64,000 nucleotides of DNA. Source: a virus. Its lineage: Duplodnaviria; Caudoviricetes. Shown piece by piece: positions 1 to 8,845 of the stretch. The stretch's first letter is position 1. Every line of letters begins with the position of its first letter. Below the pieces are notes generated by a model. It saw only the letters and a list, made by a program, of their open reading frames with translations. It did no database searches and was not told the origin of the DNA. Where the stretch lies: positions 224,001 through 288,000 of IMG/VR virus record IMGVR_UViG_3300037067_012889; one strand, 5' to 3'. Made by a program: the position numbers and the translations under genes.

Positions 1-942
1 AACGCTGTCACTGTCGATGCTCAAGGTGACTTCGGGCTGGAAGGGATTGGCTTCGAGGTCGTACTCGTAGTTAACACGAGCAATGGCGTCGGCTGGCAAA
101 GGAATGCCGCCACCCATTGTGACCTGAACCGCACCGGTTGTGTGGCTGAAAACTGTAGCACCAGGAGTTGTGGTGTCAACAGAAATCGTACCCATCGTAC
201 CGCTGCAGTCACCGACGACCACAACATCGGGATCACCAGAGGCGTCGAAGCTGACGCGGAGGCAAGGAACGGGATTGTCGCAATCGGGGCCAGCGGCAGC
301 CAGATTGTCATAGACTTCGACAACAACCGTCCCGGCGAGGACTGGCCGGTGAGCCAACGTCTGGGTGATGACCATTCCACCGGGCTGAATCGTCGCGTCT
401 TCGCCATGAACTTCTTGCGAAGAGTAGTACGGATCCAACGCCCATCCGTTCTGCTTCGCATAGGCTTGCGAAGTGTTCTGACGCATGATCTGGGTACCAG
501 CGATTGTCTGGCCCTTTGTCATGGCGTACTTGTAGCGGATGTAGAAAATCAAGCTGGCAGGCTGGCTCATGGGCTGCACACCAACGAGATTGTCGGCAAT
601 CAGCTTCGGGAAGCTCTTGCGGAGCAAAGGCAACGCAAACCGTGTAAAGTCGGCGATGTTGCCGGTGGTCGTCTGATCTTCCAAGATCAGCGAGCGGCCA
701 GACGGATTCATGTGCTTGTGCTGATTCTCGAAAATGGCCGCCATCAAACCCATCTTGCTCTGACGGATTTCGCGGCATTTGTTGAGAACCGGAGCCCAAC
801 GCTGAACCATGGGGTTCTTGTTCGACTCATACAACACTGTAGCGCGATGCGGATCGGACGCTTCGGTGATGGTTTGGCGGTTGCGGGATTCGGTCAAATG
901 ACGACCCTGAACTCGGGTCTTGTTCTGGCGAGTTGCCAACAT
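1..942 (-). CDS. Major capsid protein, T4 gp23-like (3' end outside window)
   Basis: Not in the ORF track. Manual translation from ATG at 942 (AAGGAA SD) gives MLATRQNK...FALPLLRKSFPKLIADNLVGVQPMSQPASLIFYIRYKY...EVTLSIDSDSV, matching the gp23 'RR..PNLIA.D..GVQPM..P.G.IF' motif. The N-terminus has LTE/ITE/ILE-type cleavage motifs. Confidence 0.93.
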   Translation of the reverse strand, partial: MLATRQNKTRVQGRHLTESRNRQTITEASDPHRATVLYESNKNPMVQRWAPVLNKCREIRQSKMGLMAAIFENQHKHMNPSGRSLILEDQTTTGNIADFTRFALPLLRKSFPKLIADNLVGVQPMSQPASLIFYIRYKYAMTKGQTIAGTQIMRQNTSQAYAKQNGWALDPYYSSQEVHGEDATIQPGGMVITQTLAHRPVLAGTVVVEVYDNLAAAGPDCDNPVPCLRVSFDASGDPDVVVVGDCSGTMGTISVDTTTPGATVFSHTTGAVQVTMGGGIPLPADAIARVNYEYDLEANPFQPEVTLSIDSDSV

Positions 943-1033
943 ATGCAGATTCCTTATGTGAATGATGCGTATCCAGAAGTTAGATCACAAACCTAAGTGG
1001 TTGCGTCTTGGCTATCTAGATATCGAAAATTGT

Positions 1034-1720
1034 TCAGACCACCTCGTCCATGGTCGATGCCACTTCAGCTGGGCTGCGTGGCGGACGCATGGTATTGACT
1101 GGTGCTTCTTGCTTTTCAACGGTGGTCGTCTCAACATTCTCCTTAAGAGTACGCTGAGTTGTCCGTCGTTGAGCTGCATTACGAGAAGCATCAATCCTGG
1201 TGACGCCATTGCTTGGTGCGACTTTTCCTTCGGTCAAAGTGTGCTCTAAAGCACGGTTACGCTTTAGAACCCGCTCAGAAATCTGGATGCATCGCTTGGC
1301 TTTGGCGTTCGCCTTGTCGCGTTCCTCTACGAGATGCTCGGCTAGCTTTTTGAACTTTTCGATTTCGGTCTTAAGTTCACTGTTCGACTGGCCATTAAGC
1401 TCAATGCCCTCTAAGAGAGCATAGATTTTTTCGAGCTTGGCGACAGCTTCAGTTTCCCTATTGGCCGACTGACGCATTACGAGCTCTTCGATAGTAGAGT
1501 TCTTAGCTTCCAAGAAGATTTGGAGCCGACGAGCAAGTTCAGCCTTGTGGGCTTCAACTTCCTCAAAGCACACCTTCTTTGCCTTCACAAGGCGTGCCTG
1601 GAATTCAGTGTCCGACTGCTCCTTCAGCTCATTTGCGTGGTTGTCGATGGCTTCGCATAGTTGTGCAGAAACCTCAGCTGACAAACCACATTTTTGCAAA
1701 AGCTGTTTGATCTTATCCAT
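1034..1720 (-). CDS. Prohead scaffold/core protein (gp22-like)
   Basis: Coiled-coil, Glu-rich, directly upstream of the MCP. Start moved from GTG 1744 to ATG 1720 (GGAG upstream). Confidence 0.7.
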   Translation of the reverse strand: MDKIKQLLQKCGLSAEVSAQLCEAIDNHANELKEQSDTEFQARLVKAKKVCFEEVEAHKAELARRLQIFLEAKNSTIEELVMRQSANRETEAVAKLEKIYALLEGIELNGQSNSELKTEIEKFKKLAEHLVEERDKANAKAKRCIQISERVLKRNRALEHTLTEGKVAPSNGVTRIDASRNAAQRRTTQRTLKENVETTTVEKQEAPVNTMRPPRSPAEVASTMDEVV

Positions 1721-1794
1721 TGTTAAGTCAACTCCATGTTTCACTGTGAACTAATCGTTCTGATATTATTTTTGACCAAAATGCAACAGTACTA

Positions 1795-2055
1795 CTACTG
1801 TTGCATCACATCGCACATATCTCCAACCAACATCCACTTTGCTGGTTTATGGCAAATGACACATTCTCCAGGGGAATCTGACGGTTCTTTATCACCTTTC
1901 TCAATCCGCCCCCCATTTTCAAAACCGCATGCCGGATCAGTGCAAGCACGGGTCCAAAGATTACCCTCGGCGAATCCGACATCCATATATCCAGTATCTT
2001 TACAATGTGTACAAGGCTTCTCACCATTCAGACAAAAAACGCATTTTGCTTTCAT
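1795..2055 (-). CDS. Small Cys-rich (multiple CxxC) hypothetical protein
   Basis: MKAKCVFC..CTHC..C.DPAC..CVIC. Probable start is ATG 2055 inside track ORF 1795..2169. Confidence 0.55.
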   Translation of the reverse strand: MKAKCVFCLNGEKPCTHCKDTGYMDVGFAEGNLWTRACTDPACGFENGGRIEKGDKEPSDSPGECVICHKPAKWMLVGDMCDVMQQ

Positions 2056-2188
2056 GTGGTTTATTCTTCTGTTTCTTCTTGCCCCATTTGATGAATTTAT
2101 CTCTGTCCGATGGACACAGCAACATCGACATCCGTTTTGTCGGGTCAGCTTTAATCCAATGTCCTTCACTAAGCTTTTTCAGTTTCAT
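2021..2188 (-). CDS. Small basic protein with MKLKKLSE N-terminus (possible head-packaged protein)
   Basis: Internal ATG 2188 of track ORF 2021..2254, preceded by a CAAAATTA motif at 2197-2204. Confidence 0.5.
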   Translation of the reverse strand: MKLKKLSEGHWIKADPTKRMSMLLCPSDRDKFIKWGKKKQKNKPHESKMRFLSEW

Positions 2189-2236
2189 ATGTATAATAAT
2201 TTTGTAGAAACATAATACAGCCACAGAGGGACAATA

Positions 2237-2446
2237 ATGGTTGAATGTGAACATTTACAAGAATTTCTTGATTGTGAACTTGACGTCATTAAACGACATC
2301 TAGCAAGGCATAAATGGTTCAATGCGATCCCAGATGAAGGAGAAGGAATCGCCGACTTTATCAAGAAGTATGGTTGGCTAATGCGTGAGCTATATTGCGG
2401 CTATGCATGTAAAGATAAAGATGTATGTACAATAATGAAGCACTGA
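2237..2446 (+). CDS. Hypothetical protein
   Basis: 69-aa ORF with AGAGGG SD and an HKWF..ADFIKKYG motif. Confidence 0.6.
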   Translation: MVECEHLQEFLDCELDVIKRHLARHKWFNAIPDEGEGIADFIKKYGWLMRELYCGYACKDKDVCTIMKH

Positions 2447-2473
2447 CAAATAGAATTATATTGGTAGAAATAA

Positions 2474-2866
2474 TTACGGTGTAGGAGGTAATGTGTATTG
2501 TCCTGGGGTGCCCGGCGCACCGATAGTTACACCAGTATTAGTTATCATTCGCAAAGCGGTCATCATTATACTAGAAACAGTAATCCCAGATCCAAATCCA
2601 ACCACCATCTGTTCTTTGCCAACGACAGAGCCATAAACTATTAGTGCTGTTCCAACCACTAATAAAGCAATACCAACTACTAGCGTCTTGCTCTTATACC
2701 ACACTTTACCTCCACGATCCTCGTTTACCGCATCTGCAAATCCTTTTGCCCATTCTCTTCGTTGCTTTGGATCACTATAAGTACACTGTTTATGTAGATC
2801 AAAAGCCTGCCATCCCTCCCAATATTCTACAGATTTTGAAAGACCAGTGCTGAAAAGTGTAAACAT
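2474..2866 (-). CDS. Membrane protein with holin-like C-terminus
   Basis: KVWYKSKT followed by two hydrophobic helices; GAGGTG SD. Confidence 0.6.
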   Translation of the reverse strand: MFTLFSTGLSKSVEYWEGWQAFDLHKQCTYSDPKQRREWAKGFADAVNEDRGGKVWYKSKTLVVGIALLVVGTALIVYGSVVGKEQMVVGFGSGITVSSIMMTALRMITNTGVTIGAPGTPGQYTLPPTP

Positions 2867-2878
2867 ATTATTGCACCT

Positions 2879-3325
2879 CTATCGCCGTCGTGTCCTTCTA
2901 TGGATAGTTTTGGCCGTGGTATTCTGATCTGAAGAACTATCAACACTAACCGTGACCTTATCTATCTTCTTGTCGCCTGTTGGCTCCGGTAATGATGGAA
3001 CCAATTCCCATCCATTTGCATCAACTGGAGTATATTGCTTTGGTTTTGTCTCTACTCCGCATGAGCATTCTGGCCCGGTGCATTCTGTGCTGGTGCATTC
3101 TGGTTCATTGTTTGGTATAACAACTGAATCTGTCCCCTGGCTACCAGGACTACCCGGATCCGGATCTGGTTTCGGCTTGAATATGTGCGGCCGTGGCTTT
3201 ACTGGCTCAACTACATCTGGTGGTGTTGGTACTTCATTAGCACCGGCATCACTCTTAAAATAAAATAGCAGCCAAATGCCGATAGCTAAGAACACTAGAG
3301 CGACGACAGGTAATACATTCTTCAT
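2879..3325 (-). CDS. Membrane-anchored Pro-rich hypothetical protein
   Basis: N-terminal TM/signal, Pro-rich linker, xxECT repeats; GGAG SD. Confidence 0.65.
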   Translation of the reverse strand: MKNVLPVVALVFLAIGIWLLFYFKSDAGANEVPTPPDVVEPVKPRPHIFKPKPDPDPGSPGSQGTDSVVIPNNEPECTSTECTGPECSCGVETKPKQYTPVDANGWELVPSLPEPTGDKKIDKVTVSVDSSSDQNTTAKTIHRRTRRR

Positions 3326-3328
3326 TTT

Positions 3329-3589
3329 TTACGCTCCTGTGTCTGCGATTAGAACCTTATGTTCCTCACGCAAAGGATATCTGAGTGGAAACCATTCCGT
3401 TGCTCCGCAACCTCTTTTATCAAAGCCAGCATCAAAGAACACACAATGATGCTCGTGTTCGTATGCATTGCCAGCAAGACGAACAGCCCCATTACCAACC
3501 ATATTTCCTGTACCGCACTTGCATAATATTTCGTGCTGAATCGTTTTTATCTCATAAAGTTTCAAACGTTCTTTAATAACATCGGACAT
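3329..3589 (-). CDS. Hypothetical Cys/His protein
   Basis: 86-aa ORF packed in the operon. Confidence 0.6.
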   Translation of the reverse strand: MSDVIKERLKLYEIKTIQHEILCKCGTGNMVGNGAVRLAGNAYEHEHHCVFFDAGFDKRGCGATEWFPLRYPLREEHKVLIADTGA

Positions 3590-3591
3590 GA

Positions 3592-4275
3592 TTAAAACCT
3601 ATAGAGATTAGGTAATGTAAATTTTTCGTGTGTTACGCCTGATGTTATAAGCTGATCACGCCAAAAAGCACTGCCGTCATCACGTGAATATTTTTTCAAT
3701 GGATGTTGCCATTTTTCATCATCTGGGAGATAACCGTACTTCCGTGCGATATCCCCGGACACAATTTGCAAACCGCCTATAGCACGCTTTATTGATATCG
3801 GCGTAAATTGTGTTTTGTCGATATCAAGTATATTTGGTGTTACCATTTCACACTTAATAATAGTGTTTATAGCATGTATTGTGTAACGTCTCCCACAAGC
3901 CAAAAGCGTATTGGGGTAATATATACCATCACCGGGAAACGGATATAATGTGTCAAGACAATTATCACCGAATATATGATCACAATCAGCAAACCATACA
4001 ATATCAGCATTCGTCAATCTTGCTGTAATATTGCGACCAATTGGCCTCTGATATACCATCTGGGCGGTCATCGGTATGAAATTCCATCTTATCCACGGTC
4101 TATCTATTTTCTTGAAATATTCAAGTATAATCTCGGTGGTATGATCTCCTGCAATATAGATTATAGTCGCAACGACCGTAGTCTTCCTGGTCTCATTAAG
4201 AACGAGAGAGCTAAGATGGTAATTCAATAGGGATGCATATTTTGGACCAAAACAATGGCTTATAATTTCAATCAT
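3592..4275 (-). CDS. Glycosyltransferase, GT-A/GT2-like
   Basis: GRN..ARLTNADIVWFADCD (DxD motif), GGLQIV; adjacent to gmd/fcl. Confidence 0.7.
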   Translation of the reverse strand: MIEIISHCFGPKYASLLNYHLSSLVLNETRKTTVVATIIYIAGDHTTEIILEYFKKIDRPWIRWNFIPMTAQMVYQRPIGRNITARLTNADIVWFADCDHIFGDNCLDTLYPFPGDGIYYPNTLLACGRRYTIHAINTIIKCEMVTPNILDIDKTQFTPISIKRAIGGLQIVSGDIARKYGYLPDDEKWQHPLKKYSRDDGSAFWRDQLITSGVTHEKFTLPNLYRF

Positions 4276-4442
4276 TTTTGATAAATCTCAATCGTTCTAC
4301 CGCACGCACAGCATTCAAAGTAATCAGGATTTGAGTTCTCAAATAAATGCGTCGGATCTTTACATATATGAAAACCGAACACACAGAATATCTTACCAAT
4401 AGCTGGAAATGCACCAGAAAAACATGCAACAAAATGGTTCAT
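4272..4442 (-). CDS. 56-aa small protein (C..FGFH...C..CG; DUF1660-like pattern)
   Basis: Below track cutoff. MNHFVAC...IFCVFGFH...[14 protein letters not shown], with ATGA overlaps to both neighbours. Confidence 0.55.
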   Translation of the reverse strand: MNHFVACFSGAFPAIGKIFCVFGFHICKDPTHLFENSNPDYFECCACGRTIEIYQK

Positions 4443-5380
4443 TTGTGGCTATTCCACCATTTAATTGTTTGCTCTAGTCCTAAATCAAACGGTGTCTCTG
4501 CTATAAATCCGAATTCGTTTAGTGCCCGCTGTACATTCAAACATCTACGCGGCTGCCCGTCCGGTTTAGTGAGATCGTGGTATATTTCTCCATCAAATCC
4601 GATTAACTTGGCAATTTTAACAGCCAAATCATATACCGTGATTTCAAATCCTGCACCTATGTTAACTGGTTCTGGGTGATCATATGAGCGTGTCGCCATA
4701 ACAATCGCCCTTGCACAGTCCTCAACATATAAGAATTCGCGACTAGCTTTACCACTTCCCCATATGACGACTCGATCTTCGCCCTTGTCTTTTGCTTCTT
4801 GGAATTTGCGAATTAGAGCTGGTATAACATGTGAACTGCCCGGATCGAAATTGTCGCCTGGACCGTATAAGTTGACTGGCAGTAGATAGATACCATTCAT
4901 ACCATATTGCTGCCGGTAAGCTTGCAACATTACCAGCAATGTTTTCTTTGCAATCCCATAAGGTGCATTTGTTTCTTCTGGATAGCCGTTCCATAAATCT
5001 TCTTCGCTAAACGGGATTGGTGTTAACTTGGGATAAGCACATATCGTACCTATTTGTACGAATTTCTTAATTTTATTGCGGCGTGCATGCTCTATGAGAT
5101 GCGTCCCCATTATCAAATTGTGATAAAAGAACTTGCCCGGATTATCTCTATTAGCTCCGATACCACCGACCAATGCGGCTAAATGTATGACTACATCTGG
5201 CCTCAATTCCTTATACATTTTCGCTACATTAGTCTCATATATTAAATTGTAATTCTTAGTCCCGATAGCAAACAGATTATGATCTGGGACTCCGGCAAAG
5301 CGTAGCATACTTTGGACGTTCTTACCAACAAAACCAGAACCACCAGTCACAACAATACGATCGTTTTTGAGGTCAACCAT
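4439..5380 (-). CDS. fcl: GDP-L-fucose synthase
   Basis: [54 protein letters not shown]. Start ATG 5380 overlaps the gmd end. Confidence 0.95.
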   Translation of the reverse strand: MVDLKNDRIVVTGGSGFVGKNVQSMLRFAGVPDHNLFAIGTKNYNLIYETNVAKMYKELRPDVVIHLAALVGGIGANRDNPGKFFYHNLIMGTHLIEHARRNKIKKFVQIGTICAYPKLTPIPFSEEDLWNGYPEETNAPYGIAKKTLLVMLQAYRQQYGMNGIYLLPVNLYGPGDNFDPGSSHVIPALIRKFQEAKDKGEDRVVIWGSGKASREFLYVEDCARAIVMATRSYDHPEPVNIGAGFEITVYDLAVKIAKLIGFDGEIYHDLTKPDGQPRRCLNVQRALNEFGFIAETPFDLGLEQTIKWWNSHK

Positions 5381-6380
5381 GTTTTGCGTCCTGTAACATT
5401 TTTTCATCTGTTGCCAAACGCATGTCATTGTCCACCATCATCGCAACAAGTTGCTTAAACGTTACTTTTGGCGTCCACCCAAGAACATTTTTAGCCTTCG
5501 TCGGATCGCCGAGTAAAAGATCGACCTCTGTCGGCCGAAAATAGCGTGGATCTATTTCGACATATTTATTCCAATCCAAATCAAGTAATGAAAACGCTTC
5601 TTCTACAAATTCTCGAACTGATCTGGTCTCACCTGAAGAAATTATATAATCGTCCGGAATACTACGCTGTAGCATAAGCCACATAGCTTCAACATAATCA
5701 CCAGCATATCCCCAATCTCTCTTGGCATCTAGATTACCGAGAAACAACTTATCTTGTGTGCCAAGCTTAATGCGAGTCGCCGCTCGCGTTATCTTCCTTG
5801 ATACGAATGTCTCGCCGCGTCTTGGGCCAGTGTGATTAAATAATATGCCGTTACAGGCGAAAATGTCATAAGCTTCTCGATAGTTGATCGTCTGCCAATA
5901 TCCGAATACCTTTGCGCATCCATATGGGCTTCTCGGATGGCAAGGCGTTTGCTCTGTTTGCGGTGTTTCAATCACCTTGCCATACATCTCACTACTAGAA
6001 GCTTGATAGAATTTGATGTCTTTATCTGCAATTCTAATTGCTTCAAGTAGTTGTAACGTTCCTATAGCTATCGATTGCGTTGTATAAACAGGTATATCGA
6101 AACTAACACGCACATGAGATTGTGCTGCAAGGTTGTAGACCTCATCTGGCATTACCTTCTTGACCAGATCGGACAAGCCTATACCATCAGTCATATCGCC
6201 ATAATGCAGAAACATCTGTGCATTCTTAACGTGTGAATCCTGGTATATCGATTCTATACGTGCAGTATTAAAACTGCTGGATCTGCGTATCAATCCATGT
6301 ACTTCATAACCCTTAGAGAGCAATAGCTCACATAACATCGATCCATCTTGGCCGGTTATACCGGTTATAAGCGCTTTCAT
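5373..6380 (-). CDS. gmd: GDP-mannose 4,6-dehydratase
   Basis: [54 protein letters not shown]. Confidence 0.97.
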   Translation of the reverse strand: MKALITGITGQDGSMLCELLLSKGYEVHGLIRRSSSFNTARIESIYQDSHVKNAQMFLHYGDMTDGIGLSDLVKKVMPDEVYNLAAQSHVRVSFDIPVYTTQSIAIGTLQLLEAIRIADKDIKFYQASSSEMYGKVIETPQTEQTPCHPRSPYGCAKVFGYWQTINYREAYDIFACNGILFNHTGPRRGETFVSRKITRAATRIKLGTQDKLFLGNLDAKRDWGYAGDYVEAMWLMLQRSIPDDYIISSGETRSVREFVEEAFSLLDLDWNKYVEIDPRYFRPTEVDLLLGDPTKAKNVLGWTPKVTFKQLVAMMVDNDMRLATDEKMLQDAKHG

Positions 6381-6393
6381 ATTGCCTCGATTA

Positions 6394-7164
6394 CTAGGCA
6401 GCGTCAGCTAAATTCACACTGCGCAATACAAACGATCCCATAGATGGAACAGCTTTCGAGCCGCCAATCCATGCATCGTTTCCAGCACCGTGCGAATTTG
6501 GGGTATGGACTTCGATCCTTCCGTTCTTGACACGCAACATATCAAGAAATACTGCGTGACTCCACCAATCATAACCAACATAACAACCCCATCCCTGCAA
6601 TAACGCTGTAACTGTCTCAGCCCAGACATTCTTGCCTCCGAGATCCCACCATTCAAGCGGCATATAATTCTTCCGCTCATCATCGTATCTCGGATCCCAT
6701 TGTGACTTCTTAATCTTATGTTGTGGTACAGTCAACCTAGTCGCGATGCCGTGTGCTGATGCATATTCAAGCGCTCGATCTAGATAATATCCACTATTAC
6801 TATAATCAGTGCATTCAGCAAGAGATTCCGGAGATAGTTGAATGAACGGCTGGTCCATTGTTGCACGAACGGCCATTACTGATTGGCTCAAACTATATGC
6901 CCAACAAAACCCAAGGCCGTTTTGATAGTCCGCCTTTGTGTCACTAATCCATCGTTGACCAATAAATGAGCCAGATGACGTCATCTGATCGATACGGCCG
7001 TTCCATTCACTTTCTGGAATAATCGGTACGTGCTCAGCAAATACTGCCGCACACGCAAGACCGCCGATTTCTGTCTGCCGTGGTAATGCACCAGCCAAGA
7101 ATCCGGCACCTTCACTCTCAGACACAACATCGAGATAGTTGTCGTCATTGATATATAAACTCAT
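6394..7164 (-). CDS. Papain-like (C1-type) cysteine peptidase
   Basis: [11 protein letters not shown] (Gln/Cys), WSHAV (His), PNSHG (Asn). Confidence 0.75.
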   Translation of the reverse strand: MSLYINDDNYLDVVSESEGAGFLAGALPRQTEIGGLACAAVFAEHVPIIPESEWNGRIDQMTSSGSFIGQRWISDTKADYQNGLGFCWAYSLSQSVMAVRATMDQPFIQLSPESLAECTDYSNSGYYLDRALEYASAHGIATRLTVPQHKIKKSQWDPRYDDERKNYMPLEWWDLGGKNVWAETVTALLQGWGCYVGYDWWSHAVFLDMLRVKNGRIEVHTPNSHGAGNDAWIGGSKAVPSMGSFVLRSVNLADAA

Positions 7165-7547
7165 TTGCCGACTTCCTTTTTAAGTGCGTCTAGTTTTGTT
7201 GGACATGGCATAACAGTAATTTTTCCATTGATCCATTTTTTAGCTAGCACTGGTAGATCTATCTTGCTAGCAGTGATAGCATCAAGATATGGTTTAGCTT
7301 CTGCAGATTCCTGCTTATCTTTACCAAGAACATTAGCATCCCATACAGAAATATCAAGTGATGGTGCCTTTGCATACAACTCGACCATATCTTGTGACAA
7401 CGGTTTTTGGGTCGATGTTTCACGAACAATCACTGCTTTAGAAAGTGCACCAGATCCAAATGGTATTAGATCTGGCCTTGTGGTCATAACTAGACCAGTT
7501 GCCAGAAATAACACAATGAGAATTGGCGGTAATACTTTCTTCGTCAT
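7161..7547 (-). CDS. Membrane-anchored hypothetical protein
   Basis: N-terminal hydrophobic helix; ATGA coupling. Confidence 0.65.
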   Translation of the reverse strand: MTKKVLPPILIVLFLATGLVMTTRPDLIPFGSGALSKAVIVRETSTQKPLSQDMVELYAKAPSLDISVWDANVLGKDKQESAEAKPYLDAITASKIDLPVLAKKWINGKITVMPCPTKLDALKKEVGK

Positions 7548-7939
7548 TGTACCGGCACCTCCACAACAATGCCATCAGTAGTTGTGACTTTCACAGTTTT
7601 TGTAGCTGCCGCTTTCGCCGCTGATGCTATTGCAGCAACAGCATCTGCTTGTGTTGATTTCCATTGCTGTATTGCGTTCTGCCAAAGCGTATCAGCAATG
7701 ATATCACATGCTTTTACAGCATCGGGTGATATCATAATAGCATTAATCTTGCTCAATGACTCGATATAACTCAGGTCGGTAGCCAATTGTGTAGTGTTAA
7801 TTGTAACACCCTGAGTAGTTGTCGTTGCTGTTGTCGTTGTGGCAGTTGTCGCCGGTGTCGTTGTCCATAGATATCGTACCCATATGATGAGTGCGATTAC
7901 CGCAGCTGCAATAAACCCGAAACCTAACATTTGAACCAT
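7544..7939 (-). CDS. Membrane-anchored Thr/Ala-rich hypothetical protein
   Basis: N-terminal TM followed by a poly-Thr stretch. Confidence 0.65.
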   Translation of the reverse strand: MVQMLGFGFIAAAVIALIIWVRYLWTTTPATTATTTTATTTTQGVTINTTQLATDLSYIESLSKINAIMISPDAVKACDIIADTLWQNAIQQWKSTQADAVAAIASAAKAAATKTVKVTTTDGIVVEVPVQ

Positions 7940-7994
7940 GACATTACCCTTTGCTGGTTAAAAGTCGAGTGAAGTCATTTCTAGGCAACGACCA

Positions 7995-8633
7995 TTATTT
8001 CCAGACACCAAGCTTTTTCTTCTTTGCTTCATCTTCAAAGGCTTTCCATGCCTTTGGAGCTTCTGGTAATAATTTTGCCATGCCAAGCCGCACCTGCTCT
8101 GTATTCAAGCACTGTCCAGAATTGCCATATATTACACCCACAATCAGCTGCGCTTCTGCCGGTTCTTCTGCTGATTCTTCATCACTTGATTCTACAATAT
8201 CTTCATCCGACTTTAATTGTTTTTCTAGTTTGATTTCTTCATCAGTAGTTGCGAATATACCCTGACGTTGAACTCTAATCGAAGTACCAGCCAGACGTTC
8301 TAAAGAAGTACGACTTTGTTCAGCGAGTGCTCCATCAGATGGCGAACAAATATTTATCAAGTTTATTGTTCTTACTCGTCGTTGACGTTTACCGAGACGA
8401 GATTCTATACTGGTACCAGTAACAACTTTAGAGACTGTATACTCACTCCATTTAATTGGACGCGGCTTTGGGGTTCTACTACAAGCGAAATCACGGCACG
8501 AACCGCCGTGAAAGACCCATCCACCAAATAAGAAAATTGCTATACTGACCCATACCCACCACGGTATGAATTTTACAGCAGCAGCTATCTTATCGGCAAT
8601 AGCGGCCAGAATTGCACTAATTGCAGTTAGCAT
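7995..8633 (-). CDS. Membrane-anchored thermonuclease (SNase)-like protein, catalytically degenerate
   Basis: C-terminal LNTEQVRLGMA...EDEAKKKKLGVW is the SNase signature; the DGDT, R.IGID.PE and YGR motifs are replaced. Confidence 0.7.
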   Translation of the reverse strand: MLTAISAILAAIADKIAAAVKFIPWWVWVSIAIFLFGGWVFHGGSCRDFACSRTPKPRPIKWSEYTVSKVVTGTSIESRLGKRQRRVRTINLINICSPSDGALAEQSRTSLERLAGTSIRVQRQGIFATTDEEIKLEKQLKSDEDIVESSDEESAEEPAEAQLIVGVIYGNSGQCLNTEQVRLGMAKLLPEAPKAWKAFEDEAKKKKLGVWK

Positions 8634-8772
8634 ATAAACCTCAGATAGTTAACTTTGATTTATTTACTATCTGAATTATCTACTATATCTTAAGAAAGCA
8701 AATTCATGTCTTATAATTCGTCATATGAATCGCCACAGACGTCTTCACTATGAGTATGAATGGTGTTTGATA

Positions 8773-8806
8773 TAGATCACTTACGCATTGATGCGTAAGT
8801 GATCTA
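8773..8806 (-). terminator. Perfect 16-bp inverted repeat, probable terminator
   Basis: tagatcacttacgcat-tg-atgcgtaagtgatcta, 40 nt downstream of the 8846 stop. Confidence 0.6.
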
Positions 8807-8845
8807 AATTACCGGCTAGATAACCTTCCGTGGCATCACATAAAC

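Noticed and set aside
142-996. 284-aa plus-strand ORF (and 21..461, 308..799)
   Set aside because: Shadow or alternative frames of the MCP gene, which has clear gp23 motifs in another frame.
8634-8845. Possible ncRNA or CRISPR mini-array in the largest intergenic gap
   Set aside because: Explained by one terminator-like hairpin and a promoter motif; there is no repeat-spacer periodicity.
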